DNA from: Octopus vulgaris
Lineage: Eukaryota
Assembly (NCBI GenBank): GCA_951406725.2
Contig: OX597828.1
Location: forward strand, 806,001 to 870,000
Direction of reading: 5' to 3'
DNA: 64,000 nucleotides
A program made the position numbers and the translations under genes. The notes under the pieces were generated by a model. It was not told where the DNA came from. It did no database searches and was given only the letters and a program-made list of their open reading frames with translations. Below, piece after piece: positions 21,830-34,600 of the stretch (position 1 is the first letter of the stretch; the number at the start of each line of letters is the position of its first letter).

Positions 21830-22014
21830 CAGAAAAGCGCAGAAGATAATGGAACCTCAAGAAAATCCTAGCGAGAGCAGTGTGCTAGTATGTGTGTGCG
21901 TGTATGAGTGTGTCTGCATATGACAGTGTGTGTGAGTGTGTATGTGTGTATGTGTATCTGTATGTGTGTGTGCATGCGTCAGTGTGTGTGCATGTGTCAG
22001 CGTGTGTGCGTGTT

Positions 22015-22046
<32 letters not shown>

Positions 22047-22109
22047 TATGTACGTATGCGTGTGCTTCATGATTCTGAATATTCTATTGTTAATTCAGCT
22101 GTTAAGGTG

Positions 22110-23035
22110 CAATGCTAGCAGAACCATTTCAGCTTTGGACAAAATGCCTTGCGTTATTTGTTCTGGCTCTTTTCGTTCTCAGTTCAAATCCCACCGAGGC
22201 CAGATTTTCCTTTTATTCCCTCGAGGAGGTTGAAATAAATAAAGTATCAGTTATGTACTGGGTCTGAACAACCAATTAACCAGTTAACCCCTTCCCAATT
22301 ATTACAGAAAGATGATGACTTGGCAGAATTGTTAGAACGTCGACAAAATTACTTGAGCGTATTTTATTTCTAGCTTATTACGTTCTAAGTTCAAATTCGA
22401 TTGAAGTCAACTTTACTTTTCATCTCTTTGGAGGTTCGATAAAATAAAGAACCTGTCAAGCACTGTGATCGATTTCCGGTTCTTTATATTCTGAGTTCAA
22501 ATCACACGAGCTCAACTTTGCCATTAATCCTTTCTGGTTCATGAGTTATATGTATTTGATGTTCCCTTCCCCTTGAAAACAGCTGGTCTTGAGCCTAAAT
22601 TAGAGGAGTTAATTATTTCAGCTACCAACACAACGAAATAGAATCGTTAGACTGTAGAACAAAATGCTTAGTGACATTTCCTCTGTGTATATGCTCTGAA
22701 TTGAAATTCCGCAGAGGTCGACATTTTCTTTTATCCTTTCAGAGTAGACAGTATATGTAGCTGTTGAGTACTGAGGTTGATGTAATCGACTTACCCCTCC
22801 TCCAGCTAAAATTACAGGCCTTGTACCAAAAGTTGAAACCGTTATTTTAGCTTCCAACGGTAGAATCATAAGGGCATCGGACAAAATACTTAGCGGTATT
22901 TCTTCCGGCTCTTTAAATTCATCTTCTATCTTTTCAAAACCAATAAAAATAAATTTCTAAACAAGCTTTGGGTCCGATATAATCGTCTTATCTCCTCTTA
23001 AATTAACGAACCTTGTGTCTAAACGAGAAATTATT
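22110..23035 (+). mobile_element. Head-to-tail array of about 5 decayed tRNA-derived SINE copies
   Basis: Repeated GGCAGAAT..GTTAG...GAGTTCAAAT..CGAGGTC.ACTTT units homologous to 61547-61776. Confidence 0.7.
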
Positions 23036-23601
23036 TTTAATTCAGATGCTTTTTTTTTATATTCCTTGCAAACGATTTTTAAAACTTTACACATTCTTTA
23101 TCATATGTTCTCTATAAACTAACTAATTCGGCAACAACCACCTTTTATTACTTAAAAATTATCATTGAAGATTTATTCGTGTAAAGTCATTTTTTAGCAT
23201 GTTCAAGTACACGCGGGTATGTGAAGCGTTTTCGCTGGGGAACTAAGTCTCAAGAGAAAAGTTTCCTCTTTGGCGACATGTATGAAAATACATTGGTCTG
23301 TGAATGACATCATTGGATCGTAGAACGCATGCGTTGCTGTGTTCTTTCATGTCCAAATGTACTAGAACGTGTAAAATATCTACACGAATATATTGGATTC
23401 AATGCTGCTTCGTGCGACTTTATTTAAAGACTATTACTTAAGATATTTCCATTGTATTTCATGTAACAAAATGTTAATACCACTGTTGTTTAGCTCTAGA
23501 TAAGTCCTGAACCAGCAGACCTATAATTAAATACATGATCACCATGTCAATTTGGGGTTTATTTTTGAATAAAGAATATCATAGATAAAATTATGCAATC
23601 T

Positions 23602-23760
23602 CGGCGTAAGCATGGTTGTGTAGTTAAGAGTTCGCTTCGGAACCACGAAGTTTCGCGTTCAGTCCCACTACGCCGTACGTTTGACCAGTGTCTTCTATGT
23701 CACCTCAGATCGCCCAATGCTTTGAGTAAATTTGGTAGTCAGAAACTGTGTGGAAGCCGG
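23602..23760 (+). mobile_element. tRNA-derived SINE, second family, decayed
   Basis: A-box-like TGGTTGTGTAGTTAAG and B-box-like GTTCAGTCCC. Confidence 0.6.
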
Positions 23761-23809
<49 letters not shown>

Positions 23810-24894
23810 TACGTACATCTCAGATAAAGGAGATTGAAACCTGAACATTATCCTCAGTAAGCACTTCCGCTAAAAGCAGCTATCAAAGTATATCTCTGCA
23901 GATGGTTTATCTCAAGTGTAATAAATTGTCCCGTAATTTTCCAGATTCATATTCTTAAGAATATTATTTCTCTTGCACGCATTTTTCCATGTAATACATG
24001 TATTTTTCTAGGCTATGCTATTATGCTAATTAATAATGTGTTGAATGTGTCAATTAGTGGTGTCACTGGTAATTTTTTCCTTACCTCAATGACGCCGGTG
24101 ACATATATTAAAAGTCCCCTTTAAAATAAAAAAGTTAATTATACTTAAATCCAATTTTTTGCCTTATATTGTTTCATGATTTTTTGCATCACAACTTTTT
24201 TGATACAATTTTTTATTGCATGGGACCAAAACTATGAAATTCTTCATGCTTTCTTCTATCATTGAAGCTAAGATAAATATATCTTGCTTTAAAAATAAGT
24301 TATTTAGATCTAAACTTGATTGGTGACGTTACTTACTCTCCTAAAATGTTGCTACAAATTTTGATATAAACTTTTTTCTACTGGATCCAATCACAATTTT
24401 TTATGCCAAGATGTGGCTAGGGACCAGTTCTCTTCAAAAATGTTAACAGATTTCAATTTGATTAAGAACTGAATTAGCGACAAGATCTCAAAGATGCTGC
24501 ATGTGAGTAAATTGCGGCGTTAAGAATATTATTCAACTACTACCGTAGTTGAATGATAAGATATAGAATACAGAGTAGAGCAAAAGTATCTTTGCATTTC
24601 AATAACATAAATAACATTTTAAGGCGGTTAGTTGGCAGAATCATTATAACGCCGGACAGAATTCATATTAAATCATCGACTAAATACATTAGAACCGACC
24701 TACAGTCAGTATATAAATGAACTGCATGAAATATATGTGGTCGGAAATCGTTTGATAAGGCTGGAAAGAGGTGAAAAGCGATGAAATCGAAGAGTTAAGG
24801 AGTTCGTTTATTTTTCACAGTGAATATGCACCGAAATATGGATGCTGAAATCACAACGAGAACAAAGACATGATGGAATGGAAGGCGTTTATCT

Positions 24895-24939
<45 letters not shown>

Positions 24940-25034
24940 TACATATACACACACACAAACACACACATATATATGTATATATATATATATATATTTACAA
25001 ACATATATATGTATATATATATATATGTATTTAC

Positions 25035-25082
<48 letters not shown>

Positions 25083-25089
<7 letters not shown>

Positions 25090-25410
25090 CAAGACCAACT
25101 TCTGTTTCTCCGAGAACCTTATCTACGTTCTCACATGCGCCGGTTGCCAACATAAATATGCTGGACAAACGAGCCTCCCTTTACGTAAAAGAGTAGCGGT
25201 CCATAAAGAACAAATAAATCACCCAGAATACCGTCAGATTCCACTAAGTAGCCACATAGATTCATGCGCTAAAGACAAAAATCCCAAATTTTACATATTC
25301 CCCTTCTACCAATGTAAAGACGGAATCACCACACAAGAAAGAATTAACAAGGAGAATCTTTTTATTGAAAAATTCAAAACGCATCTTAATATGCAATCTC
25401 CACGTTAATC
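25083..25410 (+). mobile_element. Penelope-like GIY-YIG fragment inserted in (TA)n
   Basis: [19 protein letters not shown]...[19 protein letters not shown]; paralogous to 17964-18338. Confidence 0.85.
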
Positions 25411-25527
25411 ATACTTCTTTTTTGTACCTCATTCTTCATGGATGGACTAATACAAACATATAAGTCATCACTTCAAGCTAAAACATATATTCTTTACTTA
25501 TTATTATTTTTATTATCATTATTTTTA

Positions 25528-25616
<89 letters not shown>

Positions 25617-25774
25617 GACATAACAATCTGAAATGAAATTATAAATTGGTTTATGTAAATTTATATAATTAGAAAACAATATAAATAAAGTGTTAAAATC
25701 TGAATGTTAAGTTAGGAAACAATTATATAAAAAAAAGATAATGCAAATGAAGCTAAAATTATAATTTTATAATT

Positions 25775-25813
<39 letters not shown>

Positions 25814-25826
25814 TGTATATATATTT

Positions 25827-25888
<62 letters not shown>

Positions 25889-25894
25889 GATGAT

Positions 25895-26175
25895 ATATAA
25901 ATTAGAGATAAAACCACTATTATGCAATTCAAACAATGATAGACATAAACCAAACATAAATAAAAAATAAAATATATTTTAAAACATATAACTAGATCAC
26001 AAAAAGTACAGAAATAAATAAACTTATTATATAAGTATATTATATATTGTTTATTCATTTTTGTACTTTTTATGATCTAGTTATATGTTTTAAAATATAT
26101 TTTATTTTTTATTTATGTTTGGTTTATGTCTATCATTGTTTGAATTGCATAATAGTGGTTTTATCTCTAATTTAT
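25895..26175. repeat. Long fold-back inverted repeat (about 125-bp arms)
   Basis: AAATTAGAGATAAAACCACTATTATGCAATTCAAACAATG... and its reverse complement. Partial copy at 28720-28867. Confidence 0.88.
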
Positions 26176-26264
26176 ATTTTATATATTTATATTGTGAAAT
26201 TTGACTTAATACTAAATTGAATTTTTCCCTGTAAGTTTGGAGTTATGCTCCCTAATATTATTAT

Positions 26265-26316
<52 letters not shown>

Positions 26317-26599
26317 TCATAGCAGCGTTGGCATTAACAATAGTAATATTAATAATAATATTAGTCAGATTATTAACAGTGGTAGTGTTAGTGGTAATAA
26401 CGACAGCATTTCTAATAACAGTGGTAGTATTAATGATAACAACCCCAACATTCCTATAGTCAGGGAAATTACCGACGATAGTACAATTAATAGTAATGAT
26501 AATAATAGGAATAGTATTGTGGTCAATGCTAGCAATAATATTAACAGCAATCATAACAATAAAAACTCCGTCTTAGTCTCGGAGGTAAACCCTAACAGA

Positions 26600-27686
26600 T
26601 TAAAGTTCTTATCCAGCAATTCCAAAATTAGAAATTCCATTTACCAGTGTAAAATTTCTTCCGGTACGGATGTCTTCTTCTACATTGGGGCAACTGCTTC
26701 TAAATTAGCCCAGAGGATCTCCAATCATTATTCAACTTTCCGAGATAAGAGAAAACAACAAAGCACAGGACTAAGTAAATTAGTTTGACGTCTTAAGGAC
26801 AGCAATACAACTTTCAAGCTGGAATGGTCCATATTGTCTGTATCCTTTCCGTTTGATAAGGGCAGAAAATTTTGTGGCGTCTGTAATTCCGAACTTTTCC
26901 ATATATTGTTCGCCAAATTCCCTTTGATAAATACAATGGTCGAAAAATCCTATAGGTGCATACACTGGCAGAAACACACCTTTCACTTATATGAATGATG
27001 ATTAATATAGATAACCTCCTTGAATTTTAATAATTTGGTTCCATTTATACATCACCCCCATAGTCAAATTTTTATACTCATAAAGGACTACTACCCAATT
27101 CATTGAGGTATGTTTTACCTTTGTCTCTCTACCTCGCCCTCCTCTCTCTCTCTCTTTCCCTCTCTCTATCGTAAGCACAATCAAACACACAGACACAAAC
27201 CTGTCACTTCACCACTGTTTGTTTTTCGCATCTACCCAACCACACACACAATCACGCACACACATACACACACATAGACATGAATGCAGTTATATATATA
27301 CACACACATAGGCACTCAATCACAAAAGAAAACAACAACAAATCACCATTCATATGACTTGCACCCTGTCACCTTCCTATTCTTATACCTCTCTCCTCCA
27401 ACCTTGAACCTTCTAGAATCTTCTACATTCAACCATTTTTGACGTCACTGCTTATAACGGAATATTTTAAAGAAACACTCATTATCGCTATGGGCTCCGT
27501 GTGGGCAGTCATCTAAAAGTCTTTGTTCATCTTGATGCTGACATAAGTTCCTTGTTTTTCCTGATGAGAAGGCGGTATAATGCACCCCTTATTCCTTCGA
27601 AATTAGGAATATGAAGCCTTCGAAACATATGTCGAGAATAAAGGAATTTTGTTAATTCGTCGTTCAACTCCATTCTTTCATTTATT

Positions 27687-27690
<4 letters not shown>
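26600..27690 (+). mobile_element. Penelope-like element 3' end (decayed GIY-YIG plus pLTR with hammerhead)
   Basis: IYQCKI...FYIGAT...RISNHYSTF...TGLSKLV*RLKD...LEWSIL...CGVCNSE. Confidence 0.8.
27545..27649 (+). ncRNA. Type I hammerhead ribozyme, canonical core
   Basis: CUGAUGA at 27561-27567, stem II GAAGGC/GCCUUC, GAAA, stem III AC-AUAU-GU, GUC cleavage triplet at 27631-27633, and a long stem I. Confidence 0.85.
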
Positions 27691-28220
<530 letters not shown>

Positions 28221-28440
28221 ATATACATGCATATAAATAATTTGCGATGAGTCATTCTCTTGCTACTGTATATATATATATATATCTGTGTGTAGGTGTT
28301 TGTGTGAATAGGGCGTTAGGAAACATCTACATTGCAAGATCTAAAAGATAAAGCGCTCTACTGTTGTATTTAACGCACATGAATGAAAACATATACGCTA
28401 CCAGGGACCATAATTGTCCAAAAAATGCCGATCAAGAATT

Positions 28441-28488
28441 CTTAATACGACGTCAGTTTCGGCAATTTCCGTTACCTCATCAGTTAAG
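28441..28488 (-). ncRNA. Hammerhead ribozyme candidate
   Basis: Minus strand reads CUUAA-CUGAUGA-GGUAA CGGAAA UUGCC-GAAA-C UGAC GUC-GUA-UUAAG. Confidence 0.6.
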
Positions 28489-28544
28489 CCCGCTCAGTTG
28501 CTCGTAAACATTGCAAACTGCTGATTATATTAATTATATATATT

Positions 28545-28700
28545 CTTTTAGTCGTTTTAGTCATTTGACTGCGGCCATGCTGGAACAGCCCAGGACTTGT
28601 TCTTTGTAAACCTAGTACTTATCGGTCCTTTTTGTTGAATCGCTAGATTACGGGGACATAAACACACCAACATCGGTTGTCAAGCGATGGCTTGGGGGTG
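28545..28700 (-). mobile_element. SINE fragment with CR1-like 3' tail
   Basis: The tail CCAGCATGGCCGCAGTCAAATGACTAAAAC resembles the LINE tail at 48817-48855. Confidence 0.6.
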
Positions 28701-28862
28701 CACAGACACACAAATACACAAACTAGATCACAAAAAGTACAGAAATAAATAAACTTATTATATAATAAGTATATTATATATTGTTTATTCATTTTTGTAC
28801 TTTTTATGATCTAGTTATATGTTTTAAAATATATTTTATTTTTTTATTTATGTTTTGGTTTA

Positions 28863-28913
<51 letters not shown>

Positions 28914-29826
28914 ATACCCGTTGAAAACAAACGGAAAGAAAATAACACTCAACATATTTAATCGGAGTTCTAGGGATTTAATAACGGGTTGACTAAGCTT
29001 TACAGTCATAAAAAATATGAAGAGTAAATAGATATATACGTGTGAGCCACACAGCGATGCTTGCTCCAATAGTGAATTTGTTTGTTAACTACTCTCTTTC
29101 CATTAAATCTAAAATTTCTGCTTTTTATTGACAGCTGAATCTGCAATTTATTGCCGTTTTTTATTTTAAAATAATTTTCAGGCGAAAAGGTGTGATTTAA
29201 GGGAGATTTAACTGTTTTTTCTACACATCCTACGACCACCTGATACCATATACACGTGTATTGAAGTTTTGTCACGTGTATTGAAGTTTTTAAATATTTT
29301 CCCCCGTAAACGCATTTTGTGGAATGATGTAGCGATGGTCCATTGGTGGAATTTAAGCAACAACAAAAAATATCGTAATTTAAATTGTTGATCCCCCACC
29401 CGTCACCAAATCAGCCCGTGCCCGCGCGTGTGTGTGTAAGAAAAAGCAAATCTTTTAAATTATCTTTTAATACCTCATTTAAATCACACCGTCGTCCTAA
29501 GGAAATTATTTACATGCATGCATACGTACACTGACAAGCACGCATATAATCAGCGTGAGCTATATACTTTTATAGATAGTAAGAGAGAGTGTTGTACTAT
29601 ATATATATAGGGAGAGTTTAAATATATATAGGGATAGTTTATATATATAGGGAGAGTTTACGAAAAAAAACAAAAGACGAAGACAGGTGGTGTACAAAAC
29701 AAACAGAAGTATTAGTATAACGCTCAGGAATAGAAAAAGTATTTTACGTTTCGAGCCTACGCTCTTCTACAGAAAGGGACACAGAAAAAACAAGGAGAGA
29801 AAAAATTATTCCTATATATATAATTT

Positions 29827-29959
<133 letters not shown>

Positions 29960-31621
29960 GGGGAGTTTACCATGATGAAAACGAAAAATAAAAGAGATAA
30001 ACAGAGAGATCTTTTCTGTCACAGACTGAAATTTTAAAATGAAGCAAAAAGCTTCAAATTTGGTATATTGATGTACTTTTTCACGTTGAATCCGAGTTTG
30101 TGATTCATTTATTCCAGAATTTTTTTTTAATGTCACGGAGGTTTAAAGTTTGATTATTTTTACCCAATCAGAAAACAGGATTTGGAAGTTAATCATAGTG
30201 TGCATGAAAAGCTGTGTATCATAAAATGAAAGTAAAGATTAGAAGACGAAATTTTAAACAAAATGAAAGCAATGCGTGTGAGATAATAAATATTTACAGA
30301 GAGAAGGGAAAAGAGTGAAAGAGAGAGATAGTGTGTGTGTGTGCGTACATGTGTGTGTGCGTGCATATGTGTGTGCGTGTATGTGTGTGTGTGTGATAAA
30401 GAGTGTGGTAAATAATAGAGAGTGAGTGACGGTGACAGATAGGAGATTTTTAAATCTAAAACAAATTATATTTTCTACTATTATTTATGGACGATATTCT
30501 CATTGGGATGCACATTTCGAAAATGAAATCCGTTGTAATAATATTTTACAACACTTGTATTGCTGTTTTCATGATATAATTATGTTTTTCTTCAATAATG
30601 TAATTATGTATTCATCCAATAATGAGGTTGAGCTGCTGGTTGCAATAATATTCTAAAAACTTTCAGTAATATTTGATATTGTTATGATATACATCTCAGT
30701 TTAAGATCAATGGCACTCACGACATTGAATACTGTCATTTTTTCCAATCCAATAATGTTATGTGTAAATGTTATATGTATCTGACGATTTGACAGCCTTG
30801 ACTATGTAATTTGCATTATGTTGCAAATAATCACCTTATGTCAGTGAAACGTACGTAAGGTAGTGTTACTAAATATCTCATACAATCTCATGATTTCCTT
30901 CGCTTTATAAATAATGTTTTATAATAATAAAATACAGAAATTATTACACTGACAATGATGAAGTAATAATTTTAACATTTTTAAAATATCTTGATTATGA
31001 TTCGTTGCGTTTCGATAATTTTTGACAATGTTTAATAACTCTTTTGGTATTCCTTCAATAATATATTTGGGATTGTTTTGAAAGCGTTTAAAAGAGGCGC
31101 AATAATGTTTCAACTTACTTTATTACAATTTTGATAAATGTCAGAAAGCTGTAATAAAGATGATGATGATTATGATGATGATGATGATGATGATATATTC
31201 ATATCTACACAACATTTCGTTCTGTTTCATTGTCACCTGGTGTCTTATCAATTACTCCTGAAAAATTATAATCTAAATAACAGTAACAACATCACTGACA
31301 ATAACAACTCATCTCAGACATGTTGAAGTGTATGATAATGGATTGCATATTATGATAATATTATGATCATCATATGTTATCATAATAATGGATTGAAGAT
31401 ATTCAATATACAATTTTATAATTACATTTTTTAAAACTATATTTCTCCTTGTGACATGATGAAAAATGAAAATTAATCATATTTATATTATTCATTTAGG
31501 TTTATATATTTTCAAAATATTTTCATAATGTAACAGTAATAATATCGATATCCCACCTGTCTCCCAAAGCATAAACAAAAATAAACAGGATTTTACCAAG
31601 TGTGAAGGTCATTGATACATT

Positions 31622-34600
31622 TCAACAGCCTATCTTTGAAGCTGTAAGGTTATCGTTCTCAGGAAGTACCGGGTCTTTCATCCAGTCAATTAATCCTTTC
31701 ACACTGACAATGTATACATCGGACAATTCCTCAACCAGTCCCAGGAAAGCGTTTAAACCTTTGAGGTTTTCTTCGTTGTTCGGTAAAAACCAGTCCGATC
31801 GTAAGCGAACACCAAAAGGCGTTCGATCTCTTTTGTAAAATGCCATGAAATTACTTAGAAGGAGATCATAGGTTTGCACCGCAGTCTGGGGTTTGTTATA
31901 GCAACTGTCAACAAATTTACACAAATACCTTTTCTTAATTCCAACATAAGGAACAGCAGGGACTTCCCAGAGACCCTTAAATTTTTTAGTAGGACACTGT
32001 TGTAGCAAGCAGTTTTTCTTCCATCCAAAGTCTAAGGTAGACGGCCAAATTCCTGTCCTATTCTCTAAATTTGTCATTACAAACAGTGACGAATCATACA
32101 GCATCTTACTATTTTGCAAATTTTCAAATTGAACGTCTCCTTTCGATTGAAGATCAATATTTCTCCAGCCAAATATTTTGTCATGAGATACATTAGCATA
32201 TCGGTTAAGCAAATATTTTTGCAAAGCAATTTCCATATTTAAAAGATTACCGGCCAGATTCTTCTTTTTTAACCCATGTAATGCAATTTCCATTCCTTCG
32301 TCGTAAAGCTCTTTAATAGCGGTATAATTAGATCCTTCGGATGTGACAAATAAGGTGCTTTTAATCCGGCAACCATTTGCATTTAACCTTTCGGCATGAA
32401 AAAGCCCTTTAAGTTTTTCAGTAATAGAAGAATTGATAGATCCTTCGTAAGTGAAATAAACGAATTGAGGAATTTTCTTCGATGTTGTTGGGATATGGAA
32501 TTGGTGACATTGACAACCTGGTTTATAGCAGTTCTTCCCTTGTTGACAGGATTCCGAAACTGATACATTGCTGTCGTCATTTGATTTCGAAGGACTGCTG
32601 TTGCTGCTACTACTATTACTAAGTTCCAAATGTTCATCCAGTGGGTCTGACGAAAATTCTCGAGATTTCACAAAGCCTGGTAATAAAGCGGATTTTGTAT
32701 ATCTACTTGTAAGAATATTTCGCTGACCTACACTTTTATTTTTATATCTGTTATTAATATTTATTCCAGTAGTAAAATCCAAGAAAGTTTTTCTTAAATC
32801 AGAGTATTTTGTTTTTAAATATTGTCCCCTTTCTAATGGAAGAATTTCGGCCTTTTTAGATAAAATAGCTTCTTTTTTCGGTGAAAGTATTTTAACTGTT
32901 TCTGATGATGGAATTTCTAATTTTTCAAATGGACGAATTTTGGTTATTTTAGATTTCAATAAATTTCTCATTGTTGTCATCGGTTTCACGTTTAACTCCT
33001 TCAAACCGTTTTCATAGTCCAACTTCTGCTGTCTGTTGTGGATTAATATTACCGGCTCACGGTAATCCTTGTTTGTAAGAAGTTGCCTGTCTATCGAATT
33101 ATTCTTTGCAACTAATATCACAGCGCTATCGTGGTTAGACGAATCTTTCGTAATTATCTTCTCTAGCTCCTTATCATTTTTCATTACCAGGCTGGCCGCT
33201 ACTCGGAATAAGTTTGATTTTCTATGAAAAACACTTTGAAGTGAATGTCTACTAGTGTCAATATTACTTTGGTCATTTTCATTTCTATTGTGTATGTTCA
33301 TGTTAGAATTGCTTTGAATAGGTAAGCTTCTTGTCTTCTTGATATCTGAATTTTCCTCGGCTGCGCTTCTCTCAGAAAAAACTTCAGGGAATTCGAATTT
33401 GTCTCTTTTATCACTTTTCAGTGACCGTTTATGGAGAATATTAGTTGGTACAGAATCAGAGGTCTGATAGGAAGTTCTCAACGTCACAGAAGACTCATTC
33501 AGTGGAGTCAGTGTCGTCTGAGAAATATTTTGTAATTTATTTCGACTGGCTGTATTCGAAGGTGACAGTGTCGAGTGAATTAATTCTCTTGTTGAATTGA
33601 AACTATTACCGATAGGCTGGGTTTGAGATGGTGTTGACTGAAAATTATATCCTTCCGTTACAAAATTATTAGAAACTTGTTGGGTTTGCAGCGATTGTAA
33701 CCTTGCGCTCGGGCCATTGTTATTGTTCCCTTCCATGTTTTGTGACATCATCACGTTTGTAGTGATTTCTCCCATCAAGACTGTTGTTGCTAGTTTCGTT
33801 GACGAAATCGTTTCTACAGAAACTATGGTTTGGTTTGGGAAACTGGAATATTGGTTTATGGAACTGGTGGTTTGATTTGGGAAACTGGAAGATTGGTTTA
33901 TGGAACTGGTGGTTTGATTTGGGAAACTGGAATATTGGTTTATGGAACTGGTGGTTTGATTTGGGAAACTGGAAGATTGGTTTGTGGAACTGGTGGTTTG
34001 ATTTGGGAAACTGGAAGATTGGTTTGTGGAACTGGTGGTTTGATTTGGGAAACTGGAATATTGGTTTATGGAACTGGTGGTTTGATTTGGGAAACTGGAA
34101 GATTGGTTTGTGGAACTGGTGGTTTGATTTGGGAAACTGGAATATTGGTTTATGGAACTGGTGGTTTGATTTGGGAAACTAGAAGATTGGTTTGTGGAAC
34201 TGGTGGTTTGATTTGGGAAACTGGAAGATTGGTTTGTGGAACTGGTGGTTTGATTTGGGAAACTGGAATATTGGTTTATGGAACTGGTGGTTTGATTTGG
34301 GAAACTGGAAGATTGGTTTATGGAACTGGTGGTTTGATTTGGGAAACTGGAAGATTGGTTTGTGGAACTGGTGGTTTGATTTGGGAAACTGGAATATTGG
34401 TTTATGGAACTGGTGGTTTGATTTGGGAAACTGGAAGATTGGTTTATGGAACTGGTGGTTTGATTTGGGAAACTGGAATATTGGCTTATGGAACTGGTGG
34501 TTTGATTTGGGGAGTTGTTTGTTTGTTTTGGCGAAATGGTGGTTCCGTTTAGGTAACCGTTGGTTTGGTTCTGACATTGAAACGGAGCAAATTTGGACAA

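Noticed and set aside
32860-32890. LSPKKEA in the deacetylase linker resembling the Tx1 ORF1 repeat
   Set aside because: The match is too short and low in complexity to support homology.
33835-34510. Regular 42-bp repeats as a CRISPR array
   Set aside because: There are no unique spacers, the repeat is in frame within a eukaryotic CDS, and no cas genes are present.
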